DNA of 28,575 nt from the NCBI GenBank assembly GCA_016234305.1, contig JACRFM010000021.1, forward strand, positions 1-28,575, read 5' to 3'. Of this stretch, positions 1-13,210 are shown one piece after another. The position numbers and the translations under genes were made by a program. Each line of letters opens with the position of its first letter. Position 1 is the first letter of the stretch. The notes under the pieces are model-generated. The model searched no databases, had not been told where the DNA came from, and worked only from the letters and a program-made list of their open reading frames with translations. The DNA comes from Candidatus Kerfeldbacteria bacterium. Its GTDB lineage: Bacteria > Patescibacteriota > Patescibacteriia > Veblenbacterales > UBA10138.

Positions 1-85
1 ATTAGACTTTTGCTAAAACTTTTAACTTACTGTAACTTGACCATTTATCATTTAGGGATTAAGTATTATATACTTACATAGTCTT

Positions 86-1411
86 ATGAAGAGCAAGGCT
101 TTTATCAGAAAATTGTTACCAGCTTGGCTGCTTGGTATTTATCATTGGGTTGCCTCTTTTGGGGCGGTCATAATTTATGGTTGGCCGGCGCGTTCTCTCT
201 TGGTTGTTGGTGTTACCGGTACCAAAGGTAAAACTACGACGGCTAATATGATTTGGCATATTTTACAGTCGGCTGGCCTTAACACCGGACTCATTTCCAC
301 CGCCCAGGTGGCTATTGGCCAAGAGGTGAAGTTAAATGATTTAAAAATGACCATGCCGAGCCGTTTTAAACTGCAGCGTTTGTTTAGACAAATGGTGCGG
401 GCAAATTGCCGTTACGTGGTGGTGGAGACTTCTTCCGAAGGTTTGGCGCAATGGCGGCATTTGGGCATACCTTATCGCCTAGCGGTTTTTACCAATTTGT
501 CCCCGGAACATATTGAATCTCACGGTTCATACGTTAACTATCGCGCCGCTAAGGGCAAGTTGTTTGCCCGACTGGCCAGCTTAAGTAGAATCAAAAAAGA
601 TTTAACTTTTCCCGTTACGGCAATTATAAATTTAGATGACGCGGCGGCTGATTATTTTTTACATTTTAAAGTTAAGCGGCGCTGGGGTTACAGTTTGCGT
701 TCATCTAGTGACGCACGGGTTAGTTCGGTTATCAGAGCTCAGGTTGATAATTTTGATTTAGTTTCGGCTAGAATCAGACTGCCCGGTCAGGCTTTAACTT
801 TGGCAGTGGGTGGTGAGTTTAACATTTATAACGCCTTGGCGGCAGTTAGTGTTGGTTTGGCACTCGGTCTGCCACTCCCAGTTATAATTCAAGCGTTGGA
901 GAAATACCGGGGCACTCCGGGGAGAATGGAATTTGTCGAACAGGGGCAGCCCTTCCGAGTGGTGGTTGATTATGCTCATACGGCTAATTCTTTGGAGCAG
1001 GTTTATAAAACTCTGAAACCTTATGGCCGCCTGCTGGCTGTTTTGGGAGCTTGCGGTGGCGGGCGAGATAAGGCCAAACGCCCGGTGTTAGGCCAGCTGG
1101 CGGCTGAGCAGGCGGCCAAAGTTTGGATAACCAACGAAGACCCTTATGATGAGAACCCGGAACAAATTATGGCTGCCGTGGCGGCGGGAGCAGAAGCTTT
1201 TGGTAAGGTTAATGGCCAAGATTTGTTTATAGTTAGTGACCGGCGGCGGGCTATTAGTGAGGCTTTGAAAGCAGCTGGGAGCGGTGATATTGTGGTTATA
1301 ACCGGTAAAGGCAGTGAGCAGTGGCTATGTGTAGCTGATAATCAAAAAATACCTTGGGATGACAGGTTAGTGGTTAAAGAGGAATTGGCTAGGATTGGTT
1401 TTAGTGTGTGA
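86..1411 (+). CDS. murE: Mur ligase, MurE-like (UDP-MurNAc-tripeptide synthetase), N-terminally shortened CPR form
   Basis: P-loop GVTGTKGKTTT, VVETSSEG, FTNLSPEH, VDYAHT, GACGGGRD and GKGSE motifs of MurE. Confidence 0.82.
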   Translation: MKSKAFIRKLLPAWLLGIYHWVASFGAVIIYGWPARSLLVVGVTGTKGKTTTANMIWHILQSAGLNTGLISTAQVAIGQEVKLNDLKMTMPSRFKLQRLFRQMVRANCRYVVVETSSEGLAQWRHLGIPYRLAVFTNLSPEHIESHGSYVNYRAAKGKLFARLASLSRIKKDLTFPVTAIINLDDAAADYFLHFKVKRRWGYSLRSSSDARVSSVIRAQVDNFDLVSARIRLPGQALTLAVGGEFNIYNALAAVSVGLALGLPLPVIIQALEKYRGTPGRMEFVEQGQPFRVVVDYAHTANSLEQVYKTLKPYGRLLAVLGACGGGRDKAKRPVLGQLAAEQAAKVWITNEDPYDENPEQIMAAVAAGAEAFGKVNGQDLFIVSDRRRAISEALKAAGSGDIVVITGKGSEQWLCVADNQKIPWDDRLVVKEELARIGFSV

Positions 1412-1427
1412 TTAGGCAAAATAATCC

Positions 1428-1436
1428 TGTGGATAA
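1428..1436 (-). promoter_or_regulatory. DnaA box (TTATCCACA on minus strand)
   Basis: Plus strand reads TGTGGATAA, the exact reverse complement of the consensus TTATCCACA. Confidence 0.45.
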
Positions 1437-1497
1437 CAAAATTGACTAAAAGATGAACTTGTCAATGTTTTTTTATTATTTAATCGTTTTTTATTTA

Positions 1498-1521
1498 TTT
1501 TTGGCTAATACTAGCCAAAAA
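1498..1521. repeat. 10-bp perfect inverted repeat, possible terminator or operator between murE and rpoB
   Basis: TTTTTGGCTA-ATAC-TAGCCAAAAA. Confidence 0.5.
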
Positions 1522-1537
1522 TTAAGAGATATTCAAT

Positions 1538-1546
1538 TTATACACA
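1538..1546 (+). promoter_or_regulatory. DnaA box (TTATACACA)
   Basis: Matches TTWTNCACA; 17 bp upstream of the rpoB -35. Confidence 0.4.
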
Positions 1547-1563
1547 AAAAAGCTCTTGACAAC

Positions 1564-1592
1564 TTGACAGCGAATAGTTTTGGTGATAGAGT
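1564..1592 (+). promoter_or_regulatory. sigma70 promoter of rpoBC
   Basis: TTGACA (1564-69), N17, TG-A-TAGAGT extended -10 (1587-92); a second TTGACA at 1556-61. Confidence 0.7.
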
Positions 1593-1726
1593 TTAACTAC
1601 TTTTATTGACGAGCCATACTTTTGTGGTTTAACACAAAGTTAATGCGTCTTAAGCCAATTGACTAGTTTAAAGCTTAATTAATCTCATTCCAAAAATCAC
1701 ACGATTAGTGGGACGAGATATTTTTT

Positions 1727-5125
<3,399 letters not shown>

Positions 5126-5136
5126 TTTCGAATTAT

Positions 5137-8100
5137 TTGTCCATTATGTTTACTGACCGCGATTATCTTACCGCTAACGATTTCAACTCCATCCGTTTAA
5201 AATTGGCTTCGCCTGAGGAAATTTTAGCTTGGTCATATGGTGAAGTAATCAAACCGGAGACCATTAATTATCGTACTCAGAAGCCGGAAAAAGACGGTTT
5301 GTTTGATGAAAGGATTTTTGGTCCGACTAAAGATTGGGAATGCTATTGCGGTAAGTATAAACGTATTCGTTATCGCGGTATTGTTTGTGATAAATGCGGG
5401 GTGGAAGTTACCCGGTCGGTGGTCAGGCGCGAGCGATTCGGTCATATTAGTCTGGCCACGCCCGTGTCACATATTTGGTTTTTGCGCGGCGTGCCTTCTA
5501 AAATCGGTTTGGTGCTGGGATTATCAGTGCAGGATTTGGAGAAAGTTATTTATTTTGCCTCTTTTATTGTTACCGGGGTGGATAATCAAAAAAAACAGGC
5601 TTTATTAGAGCAGGTAACTAACGAGTTCAAAACTAAGCGCAAAACTATTGAGAATGAAGCTCTGCGGCAGCAAGCTGAGGCGGCCAAGCGGTTCACAGGC
5701 GCAGACTTAGACCGCGAACGCCAGGCCCTGGAAACATTGAAGCAGGAGAAAGTGCAGAAATTGGAAGAAGCTTTTGAAATTGCCCGCCGCGAGCTTAAGG
5801 AGCTTAGACCCTTGCAGATTTTATCCGAGAGCCAATATCAGGATTTGTCTTTGAAATACGGGCAGGTTTTTGAAGCGGCTATTGGGGCCGAGGCCGTTAG
5901 GTTATTATTGACGGAAATAAATATTAGTGAGGAGATTAAACGATTAACCGGCGAGGCCGATGAGGCTCTGCCAGCCAAGCAGAAGAAGTATGTTCGTCGT
6001 TTGAAATTATTAAAGAGTTTGCAGGCGGTGGGGCTTAGACCGGAGTGGATGATTTTAACCGAATTGCCGGTTATTCCGCCGGATTTGCGTCCCATGGTTC
6101 AGCTGGACGGCGGACGTTTTGCCACTTCGGATTTGAACGATTTGTACCGCCGGGTAATTAACCGCAATAACCGCCTTAAACGTTTGCTGGAATTAAATGC
6201 GCCGGAAGTAATTTGCCGCAATGAGAAACGCATGCTGCAGGAAGCGGTGGATGCTTTGTTGGATAATGGCGCCCGCCATGGTAAAACCGTGACCGCTTCT
6301 ACCGGCCAGCGGCGCATGTTAAAGTCCATTGCTGATATTCTGAAAGGCAAGCAGGGACGTTTTAGGCAGAATTTGCTGGGTAAAAGAATTGATTATTCCG
6401 GCCGCAGCGTGATTGTAGTTGGTCCGCACTTGGAGCTAAACCAATGCGGTTTACCCAAGCGCATGGCACTCGAATTATTTAAGCCGTTTGTTATTTCTAA
6501 GCTTATTCAGCGCGAATTGGTGCATAATGTGCGCAGCGCCAATCGTTATATTGAGGCGGCCAAAAGTGAAGTCTGGGATATTTTGGAAGAAATTGTTAAG
6601 GGTTCATATGTGTTGTTAAATCGGGCGCCGACGCTGCACCGCCTCGGGATTCAGGCGTTCCAGCCGGTTTTAATTGAAGGTAAGGCTATCCAAATTCACC
6701 CCTTGGTTTGTCCGGCTTTTAATGCCGATTTTGACGGCGACCAAATGGCGGTTCACGTACCTTTGACCGAAGAAGCCAAATGGGAGGCCGCTACTTTAAT
6801 GATCTCGTCTCATAACTTGTTGAAGCCAGCTACGGGTGAACCGGTGGTTACGCCAAGTAAAGATATTGTTTTGGGTTGTTATTACATGACTAATATTAAG
6901 GTTCCGTCCGTTGGACAAAAATCAAAAGTTTATAGCGATCTCAGTGAAGCAATCTTGGCTTATCAGAGCGGTTTGGTGAAACTGCAGGACCAAATAATCG
7001 TTAGACGCGAGGGCCATCGTTTGGAAACCTGCGTCGGTCGCATTCTATTCAATGAAATTTTGCCGCTGGATTTACGTTTTTGCAATAAAACGGTGGATAA
7101 GAAAATTTTGAATGGTTTAGTGGCGGAATGTTTAACCAAACACGGTTCGGTTAAAACTGCCAGATTATTGGATGATATTAAGGAAATGGGTTTTTCTTAT
7201 TTAACCCAGTCCGGTCTGTCTTGGGGTATGTCGGATTTGCCGGACGTGCCGGAACGCGGTCGGGTTTATCAGGAAGCTGATCTTATGGTTCAGGAGATTT
7301 ATAATCAATATGAACAGGGTTTGTTGACTGACGAAGAGCGTCATACTAAAATTATTGAGATTTGGGCTCAAGTTAAAGATAAAGTCACGGAATTGTCTCG
7401 TCGCGTTTTACCTAAAGAAGGTTCGGTTTTTTCCATGATTGAATCGGGTGCGCGCGGTTCTTGGGGACAGATTACTCAAATGATGGGTATGAAAGGCTTG
7501 GTGACCAACCCGGCCGGTGAAACCATTGAATTGCCGGTGAAGGGTAATTTTAAAGAAGGTTTTGAAGTGTTGGAGTACTTTATATCCACCCACGGCGCGC
7601 GTAAAGGTTTGACTGACACGGCTTTGCGTACGGCTAACGCCGGTTATTTGACGCGTCGTTTGGTTGACGTCTCGCATGATATTGTTATCACGGAAAAAGA
7701 TTGCGGTGATAAACAAGGTTTTGTGGTGAACGCCGTTGATAGCGAGGATATCGGTGATTCTTTGGGTGCCCGGGTCAGCGGTCGCTATGTGATTAGCGAG
7801 GTTAAAGAGCCGGCTTCAGGTGAAGTTATAGTTAAGAAAAACGAGATAGTAACGCTGGCGCAAAACAAAACCATAGATAAGGCTGGAGTGGCAGAAGTGA
7901 GGATTCGTTCCTTGTTGACTTGTAAAACCAGGCGGGGCGTTTGCCAAAAATGTTACGGCAATGATCTGGCTTTTAATGCTTTGGTGGAAACCGGTACGGC
8001 TGTCGGCATTATTGCCGCGCAGTCAATCGGTGAACCGGGTACGCAATTAACCATGCGCACCTTCCATACCGGCGGCGTGGCTTCAGCTGAAGATATAACC

Positions 8101-9102
8101 CAAGGTTTGCCGCGGGTGGAAGAAGTCTTTGAAGCTCGTCCGGTTAAACGCCCTGGGTTATTATCGCCCGCCGATGGCAAAGTAGCGGTGGAGAGTCGTG
8201 GGCGGCAAAAAACCATTAAACTTACTTATAGTGATAAAATTATTGATACCTTTGAGTTAGATAAGTATAAGAATCCGAAAGTTTTGGTTAAAAAAGGCGA
8301 GAAATTAAAGGTTGGCAGCGTACTTTTAAAAGCTGAAGCCGAGCAGGTTAAGTTGCCTTATGAAGCCACGGTTATGGAAATAAACAATAAAGCCGTGATT
8401 TTGAGCCGTACCAGCGAAGCGACAGTTGAATTTGTCGTTCCACTCGGGGTTAGTGCTTGGGTTAAAGATGGCGATACAGTTACCAAAGGCCAGCAATTAA
8501 CTGAAGGCAGCTTGGATGTGCATGAACTTTACCGCTTAAACGGTAAGGAAGCCGTGCAGAGCTATATTTTGAAAGAAATTCAGTATATTTACTCTTCCCA
8601 AGGACAGAAATTAAACGACAAACATATTGAACTGATAGTCCGCCAAATGTTTTCCCGCATGCTGGTGATTGACCCGGGCGATAGTGATTTATTATCCGGC
8701 GAAATTATCACCACGGCCCAATTTGAAGAAGCGAACGATATAGTTAAGGAAGGCGGCCGGCGGGCTACGGCCGAGTATTTACTGCTTGGTATTACCAAAG
8801 CTTCACTCTCGACTGACAGTTTTCTCTCCGCCGCTTCCTTCCAGGAAACCGCCCGAGTTTTAATTGACGCAGCCGTGACCGGCAAGGTTGATTATTTGCG
8901 CGGCTTAAAAGAAAATGTAATTATTGGCCGCTTGATTCCGGCTGGTACGGGTAATGGTCCTTTGGCTGAGATGCTGGCGAAAAAAATGGACGAGGTTAGG
9001 GCCGAACGTGAAGTCGCGGCGCGCGTCCGGCAGGCGGAAATAGAAGCGGCTTTGGTGGCCCAGGCCCAGGCGGCTTTACAAACGGAGGCTGTACCGCAGT
9101 AA
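5137..9102 (+). CDS. rpoC: DNA-directed RNA polymerase subunit beta' (start may be ATG 5146 rather than TTG 5137)
   Basis: Zn finger CYCGKYK...CDKC, catalytic NADFDGD, GEPGTQLTMRTFH, LSAASFQET. Confidence 0.99.
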   Translation: MSIMFTDRDYLTANDFNSIRLKLASPEEILAWSYGEVIKPETINYRTQKPEKDGLFDERIFGPTKDWECYCGKYKRIRYRGIVCDKCGVEVTRSVVRRERFGHISLATPVSHIWFLRGVPSKIGLVLGLSVQDLEKVIYFASFIVTGVDNQKKQALLEQVTNEFKTKRKTIENEALRQQAEAAKRFTGADLDRERQALETLKQEKVQKLEEAFEIARRELKELRPLQILSESQYQDLSLKYGQVFEAAIGAEAVRLLLTEINISEEIKRLTGEADEALPAKQKKYVRRLKLLKSLQAVGLRPEWMILTELPVIPPDLRPMVQLDGGRFATSDLNDLYRRVINRNNRLKRLLELNAPEVICRNEKRMLQEAVDALLDNGARHGKTVTASTGQRRMLKSIADILKGKQGRFRQNLLGKRIDYSGRSVIVVGPHLELNQCGLPKRMALELFKPFVISKLIQRELVHNVRSANRYIEAAKSEVWDILEEIVKGSYVLLNRAPTLHRLGIQAFQPVLIEGKAIQIHPLVCPAFNADFDGDQMAVHVPLTEEAKWEAATLMISSHNLLKPATGEPVVTPSKDIVLGCYYMTNIKVPSVGQKSKVYSDLSEAILAYQSGLVKLQDQIIVRREGHRLETCVGRILFNEILPLDLRFCNKTVDKKILNGLVAECLTKHGSVKTARLLDDIKEMGFSYLTQSGLSWGMSDLPDVPERGRVYQEADLMVQEIYNQYEQGLLTDEERHTKIIEIWAQVKDKVTELSRRVLPKEGSVFSMIESGARGSWGQITQMMGMKGLVTNPAGETIELPVKGNFKEGFEVLEYFISTHGARKGLTDTALRTANAGYLTRRLVDVSHDIVITEKDCGDKQGFVVNAVDSEDIGDSLGARVSGRYVISEVKEPASGEVIVKKNEIVTLAQNKTIDKAGVAEVRIRSLLTCKTRRGVCQKCYGNDLAFNALVETGTAVGIIAAQSIGEPGTQLTMRTFHTGGVASAEDITQGLPRVEEVFEARPVKRPGLLSPADGKVAVESRGRQKTIKLTYSDKIIDTFELDKYKNPKVLVKKGEKLKVGSVLLKAEAEQVKLPYEATVMEINNKAVILSRTSEATVEFVVPLGVSAWVKDGDTVTKGQQLTEGSLDVHELYRLNGKEAVQSYILKEIQYIYSSQGQKLNDKHIELIVRQMFSRMLVIDPGDSDLLSGEIITTAQFEEANDIVKEGGRRATAEYLLLGITKASLSTDSFLSAASFQETARVLIDAAVTGKVDYLRGLKENVIIGRLIPAGTGNGPLAEMLAKKMDEVRAEREVAARVRQAEIEAALVAQAQAALQTEAVPQ

Positions 9103-9129
9103 GCTTTAATTAACGGTTTAATATAGCTA

Positions 9130-9168
9130 TATACAAAAAGGTCTTTAAATTAAAGACCTTTTTGTATA
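9130..9168. terminator. Bidirectional intrinsic terminator after rpoC
   Basis: Perfect 19-bp arms TATACAAAAAGGTCTTTAA-A-TTAAAGACCTTTTTGTATA with A and T tracts. Confidence 0.75.
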
Positions 9169-9270
9169 AGTAGAGGTTAGATAGCAAATTAGCCTTATTT
9201 TGGCTATAATATATAGGTCGCAGCTAATATAGTTCATAGCTCTTAGTCCATAGTTTTTAGTCATAAAATC

Positions 9271-11448
9271 ATGTCAGGCAGTTCGCCCAGTACTAAAGAT
9301 AAAAAAGATTCTAAAGCCAGTTACCCCTTGCCCGCGGAAACCAAACACGGTTTACAGGTGTTGTTTTTGTTTGTAACGGCTTTGATATTGGTGTTGTCAT
9401 TTTTGGATTTGGCCGGCGTGGTCGGGCAAGCTATCAGTTATGCTTTGCGGTTTTTGGTCGGCCAAGTGGCTTGGTTAGTACCGCCGGTTTTGCTCATCAT
9501 CAGTTATTATTTGTTAACCTCGGCTAAGCCCTGGCCGATTTGGAAAACCTTAGGTTTGATTTTTATGGGCTTAAGTTTAACCAGTTTGATTCATCTGTTT
9601 TTGCCTTTTAAAGATTGGAGTTTGGCGGCTGGTGATTTGCGCGGCGGCGGTTATATTGGTTATGGCTGGTTATGGCTGATTTTTAAGATTTTTGGTTTAT
9701 GGGGAGCGGTGGTCGTATTGCTGGCTTTGTGCCTGGGCGGTTGTTTGATTTTTTTTGAAACTTCGCCGGCCCGGATATTTAGCTGGCTGCGCGGTCTTTA
9801 TCAGCGCCTGCCAAAGCGCCCGGCCAAACCGGTGATTAACGGCAATGTTAGTTCCGCCTCTAAGCCGTTTAGCCGGATTGAGGAATTGACTATTCCGCCG
9901 TTAAATAAATTATTTAAGAATCGTAATGTGGCCGGAGAAGCGGCGGCCAAAAATACCCCGAGCGGCGAAGCCAAGCTGCCCTTGCCCGCTCGCCGTACTG
10001 AATTATCCTTGGATTTGCTGGATGACCGTTCGAGTAACCCAACTTCCGGCGATATTGGAGCTAATCAGGAAAAAATCCAAAAGACTCTGGCTAATTTTGG
10101 TATAGATGTGGAAATGGGGCCAGTAAACGTTGGGCCGACTGTTACCCAATACACCCTGGCGCCCGCCCAAGGCGTTAAATTATCGCAAATTACCGCGCTA
10201 TCCAATGATTTGGCTTTGGCTTTGGCAGCGCATCCGATTCGTATTGAAGCGCCTATTCCCGGGCAATCGCTGGTTGGTATAGAAGTGCCTAATCAGACCG
10301 TCGCGATTGTGGGTTTGAAAGAAATTATGTCGACGCCGGAATTTAAACGCCGTTCTTCGCAACTCACTGCCGCTCTGGGTAAAGACGTGGCAGGTAAACC
10401 TTGGGTAATAGATATAGACCGTATGCCTCATTTGTTGGTGGCTGGCGCTACCGGTTCAGGTAAATCAGTTTGTATTAATGATATTTTAATATCTTTACTG
10501 TTTACTAATTCACCTGACGAGTTGAAGTTTATCATTATTGACCCGAAACGGGTAGAACTATCTTCTTATAACAACCTGCCCCATTTGTTAACTCCAGTGA
10601 TAACTGAAATAGATAAAACCATCAATGCCTTAAAGTGGGTAGTGAATGAAATGGACCACCGTTATAAGATTTTAAATCAAGTAGGCAAACGTAATCTGGC
10701 TTCATATAATCAAACCGCTGACGTCAAAATGCCCTATATTATAGTGGTGATTGATGAGTTGGCTGATTTAATGGCCGTGGCGGCACAAGAAGTGGAAACC
10801 GCCATTATTCGTTTGGCGCAAATGGCTCGGGCCGTGGGTATTCATTTGATTGTGGCCACGCAGCGCCCTTCAGTGGATGTTATTACTGGACTCATTAAAG
10901 CCAATATTACTTCGCGGATTGCTTTTGCCGTGGCTTCAGGTACGGATTCGCGCACCATTTTGGATGTTAGCGGAGCGGAAAAGTTGCTCGGCCGCGGTGA
11001 TTGTTTGTATGTGTCAGCCGAATTGTCCAAGCCGAAACGTTTGCAAGCGGCTTATGTTAGCGACGGGGAAATTGAGCGGGTTACTAGTCAGCTTAAAAAA
11101 GATATTGCGTCTGATTATAATCCGGAAATTGTTAGTAAACCGCTTGGTAAAGTTAATAGTTTGGGTGAGGCTGGGGGCGATGATGATGAATTGCTGGACG
11201 AAGCGGAAGGTATGGTTATTAGCACCGGTAAAGCCTCGGCTACTTATTTGCAAAGGCGTCTGAGGGTCGGTTACGCGCGCGCCGCCAGGCTCCTAGATTT
11301 ATTGGAACAACGGGGCGTGGTTGGCCCGGGTCAAGGCGCTAAGCCTCGCGAAGTCCTGATGCGCCAGGACGCTACAGAAGGCTTTGACGTTCAGGCGGAA
11401 GCTAGCGGGGCTGATGAATTTGAAGAAAAAGACTATAATGATAATTAG
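9271..11448 (+). CDS. ftsK: DNA translocase FtsK/SpoIIIE
   Basis: N-terminal TM segments, alpha domain GPTVTQY, Walker A AGATGSGKS, IDELADLM, ATQRPSVDV, gamma domain LQRRLRVGYARAARLLD. Confidence 0.97.
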   Translation: MSGSSPSTKDKKDSKASYPLPAETKHGLQVLFLFVTALILVLSFLDLAGVVGQAISYALRFLVGQVAWLVPPVLLIISYYLLTSAKPWPIWKTLGLIFMGLSLTSLIHLFLPFKDWSLAAGDLRGGGYIGYGWLWLIFKIFGLWGAVVVLLALCLGGCLIFFETSPARIFSWLRGLYQRLPKRPAKPVINGNVSSASKPFSRIEELTIPPLNKLFKNRNVAGEAAAKNTPSGEAKLPLPARRTELSLDLLDDRSSNPTSGDIGANQEKIQKTLANFGIDVEMGPVNVGPTVTQYTLAPAQGVKLSQITALSNDLALALAAHPIRIEAPIPGQSLVGIEVPNQTVAIVGLKEIMSTPEFKRRSSQLTAALGKDVAGKPWVIDIDRMPHLLVAGATGSGKSVCINDILISLLFTNSPDELKFIIIDPKRVELSSYNNLPHLLTPVITEIDKTINALKWVVNEMDHRYKILNQVGKRNLASYNQTADVKMPYIIVVIDELADLMAVAAQEVETAIIRLAQMARAVGIHLIVATQRPSVDVITGLIKANITSRIAFAVASGTDSRTILDVSGAEKLLGRGDCLYVSAELSKPKRLQAAYVSDGEIERVTSQLKKDIASDYNPEIVSKPLGKVNSLGEAGGDDDELLDEAEGMVISTGKASATYLQRRLRVGYARAARLLDLLEQRGVVGPGQGAKPREVLMRQDATEGFDVQAEASGADEFEEKDYNDN

Positions 11449-11453
11449 AGTTT

Positions 11454-12128
11454 ATGCCACGTTTTTTTACTCATAATTTATCCGGCCAGGGCTATGGAGT
11501 CGAAAGTTTGACGGCCGAACGGCAGCGCTTAGGCCTGAGTTTAGAGCAAGTTAGCCGTCAGCTTCATATTCCGGTTAAATATTTGCAAGCTTTGGAAAAA
11601 GGCGAGTTGGAGACTTTGCCGGGTGATAATTATCGTCGTTATTTTACGCGGTCTTATGCCAACTTTTTGCATTTGCCGATAGATAAAATTTTATCGGCTG
11701 ATAAAGATACTGCCACTTCAGCCGCCAAATCAGCTGTGCGGAAACCAATTAAAATAGCCAGTACGACGGTGCACCCTTATCGTTTGTTTATGACGGTGGC
11801 GGCTTCCAGCGCGGTGGTAATCTATTTAGTGAGCGCTGCTTGGTCGGCTTTGGTGCCGCCGCGTTTGCAATTGTTTGAGCCGGGCAATGACCAAACCAGT
11901 TTGAGTGCTACTATCAAAGTCCGCGGACAAACTCAAGTGGGTACGCCCATCGCCATTAACGGCCAGGCCGTGGAGGTTAGTGAGGGCGGCCTGTTTACCC
12001 AAGAAGTTCCGCTTAAACCCGGACTTAATATTATTATCGTGACAGCGCAAAAAACTTATAGCCAGCCGACAGTGGTAACGCGGCGGGTAATATTTTCGCC
12101 GCCTAATCCGGTTAGTTTAATTAAGTAA
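11454..12128 (+). CDS. RodZ-like protein: N-terminal XRE-type HTH, one TM helix, C-terminal Ig-like domain
   Basis: RQRLGLSLEQVSRQLHIPVKYLQALEKG...YANFL (RodZ-type HTH); TM LFMTVAASSAVVIYLVSAAW; VRGQT...INGQ...F...VPLKPGLNIIIVTA Ig-like fold; lies between ftsK and recA. Confidence 0.7.
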   Translation: MPRFFTHNLSGQGYGVESLTAERQRLGLSLEQVSRQLHIPVKYLQALEKGELETLPGDNYRRYFTRSYANFLHLPIDKILSADKDTATSAAKSAVRKPIKIASTTVHPYRLFMTVAASSAVVIYLVSAAWSALVPPRLQLFEPGNDQTSLSATIKVRGQTQVGTPIAINGQAVEVSEGGLFTQEVPLKPGLNIIIVTAQKTYSQPTVVTRRVIFSPPNPVSLIK

Positions 12129-12148
12129 TTTATTTTTAGGTTGTTTTT

Positions 12149-13192
12149 ATGAAAACCGATAACAAAAAAACGAGCCCTAAGTCAGGCGCTGTGGATGAGC
12201 GCGGTAAGGCCGCTCAACTGGCGATTGACCAAATTAAAGAACGCTTTGGCGAAGGCGCGATTATGAGATTCGGCGAAGCCCAGGCTATGGCCGTGGAGGC
12301 TATACCCACCGGTTGTTTGTCACTGGATATTGCTTTGGGCGTGGGCGGGTTGCCGCGCGGACGGGTAATTGAGGTTTTTGGTCCGGAAGCTTCCGGTAAA
12401 ACTACCTTAACTTTGCATGTGATTGCCGAAGTGCAGAAACTGGGCGGTTTGGCCGCTTTTGTGGATGCCGAACACGCGCTTGACCCGGTCTATGCCAAAA
12501 AAATCGGTGTTAATATAGATGATTTGTTAATTTCCCAGCCTGATACGGGCGAACAAGCTTTGGAAATAGTGGATACGCTGGTGCGTTCCAACGGGGTAGA
12601 TGTGATTGTGATTGATTCGGTGGCGGCTTTAACGCCGAAAGCGGAAATTGAAGGCGATATGGGCGACCAGCATATGGGTTTGCAAGCCAGGCTCATGAGC
12701 CAGGCTCTGCGCAAATTAACCGCCGTGATTTCCAAATCCAAAACCGTGGTGATTTTTTTGAATCAGACGCGCATGAAAATCGGCGTGTTCTTTGGCAATC
12801 CGGAAACTACCACCGGCGGTATGGCTTTGAAGTTTTATTCTTCCGTGCGCATAGAAATCAGGCGCAGTGCGCAAATTAAACAGAATGAGAGATCAATCGG
12901 CAATCGGGTGCATGTTAAAATCGTCAAGAATAAAGTGGCGCCGCCCTTCCAAGCCGCTGAGTTTGACATTATGTATAATGAGGGTATTTCACTCTCTGGC
13001 GATTTGGTTGATTTGGGTGTAATTCAGGAAATTGTGACCAAATCAGGCAACACCTTTTCCTTTGGCGAAGTTAAGCTGGGGGTAGGGCGCGAACAAGCCA
13101 AACAATTTTTGCGGGAAAATCCCAAAATCGGCGAGGAAATCCGCCAAGCTATCTGGAGCAAGATTAAAGAGCAGCGGGCTATGGAGAAATAA
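12149..13192 (+). CDS. recA: Recombinase RecA
   Basis: [46 protein letters not shown]; normal length, no intein. Confidence 0.99.
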   Translation: MKTDNKKTSPKSGAVDERGKAAQLAIDQIKERFGEGAIMRFGEAQAMAVEAIPTGCLSLDIALGVGGLPRGRVIEVFGPEASGKTTLTLHVIAEVQKLGGLAAFVDAEHALDPVYAKKIGVNIDDLLISQPDTGEQALEIVDTLVRSNGVDVIVIDSVAALTPKAEIEGDMGDQHMGLQARLMSQALRKLTAVISKSKTVVIFLNQTRMKIGVFFGNPETTTGGMALKFYSSVRIEIRRSAQIKQNERSIGNRVHVKIVKNKVAPPFQAAEFDIMYNEGISLSGDLVDLGVIQEIVTKSGNTFSFGEVKLGVGREQAKQFLRENPKIGEEIRQAIWSKIKEQRAMEK

Positions 13193-13210
13193 TTCTTAAC
13201 AGTCAAATAT

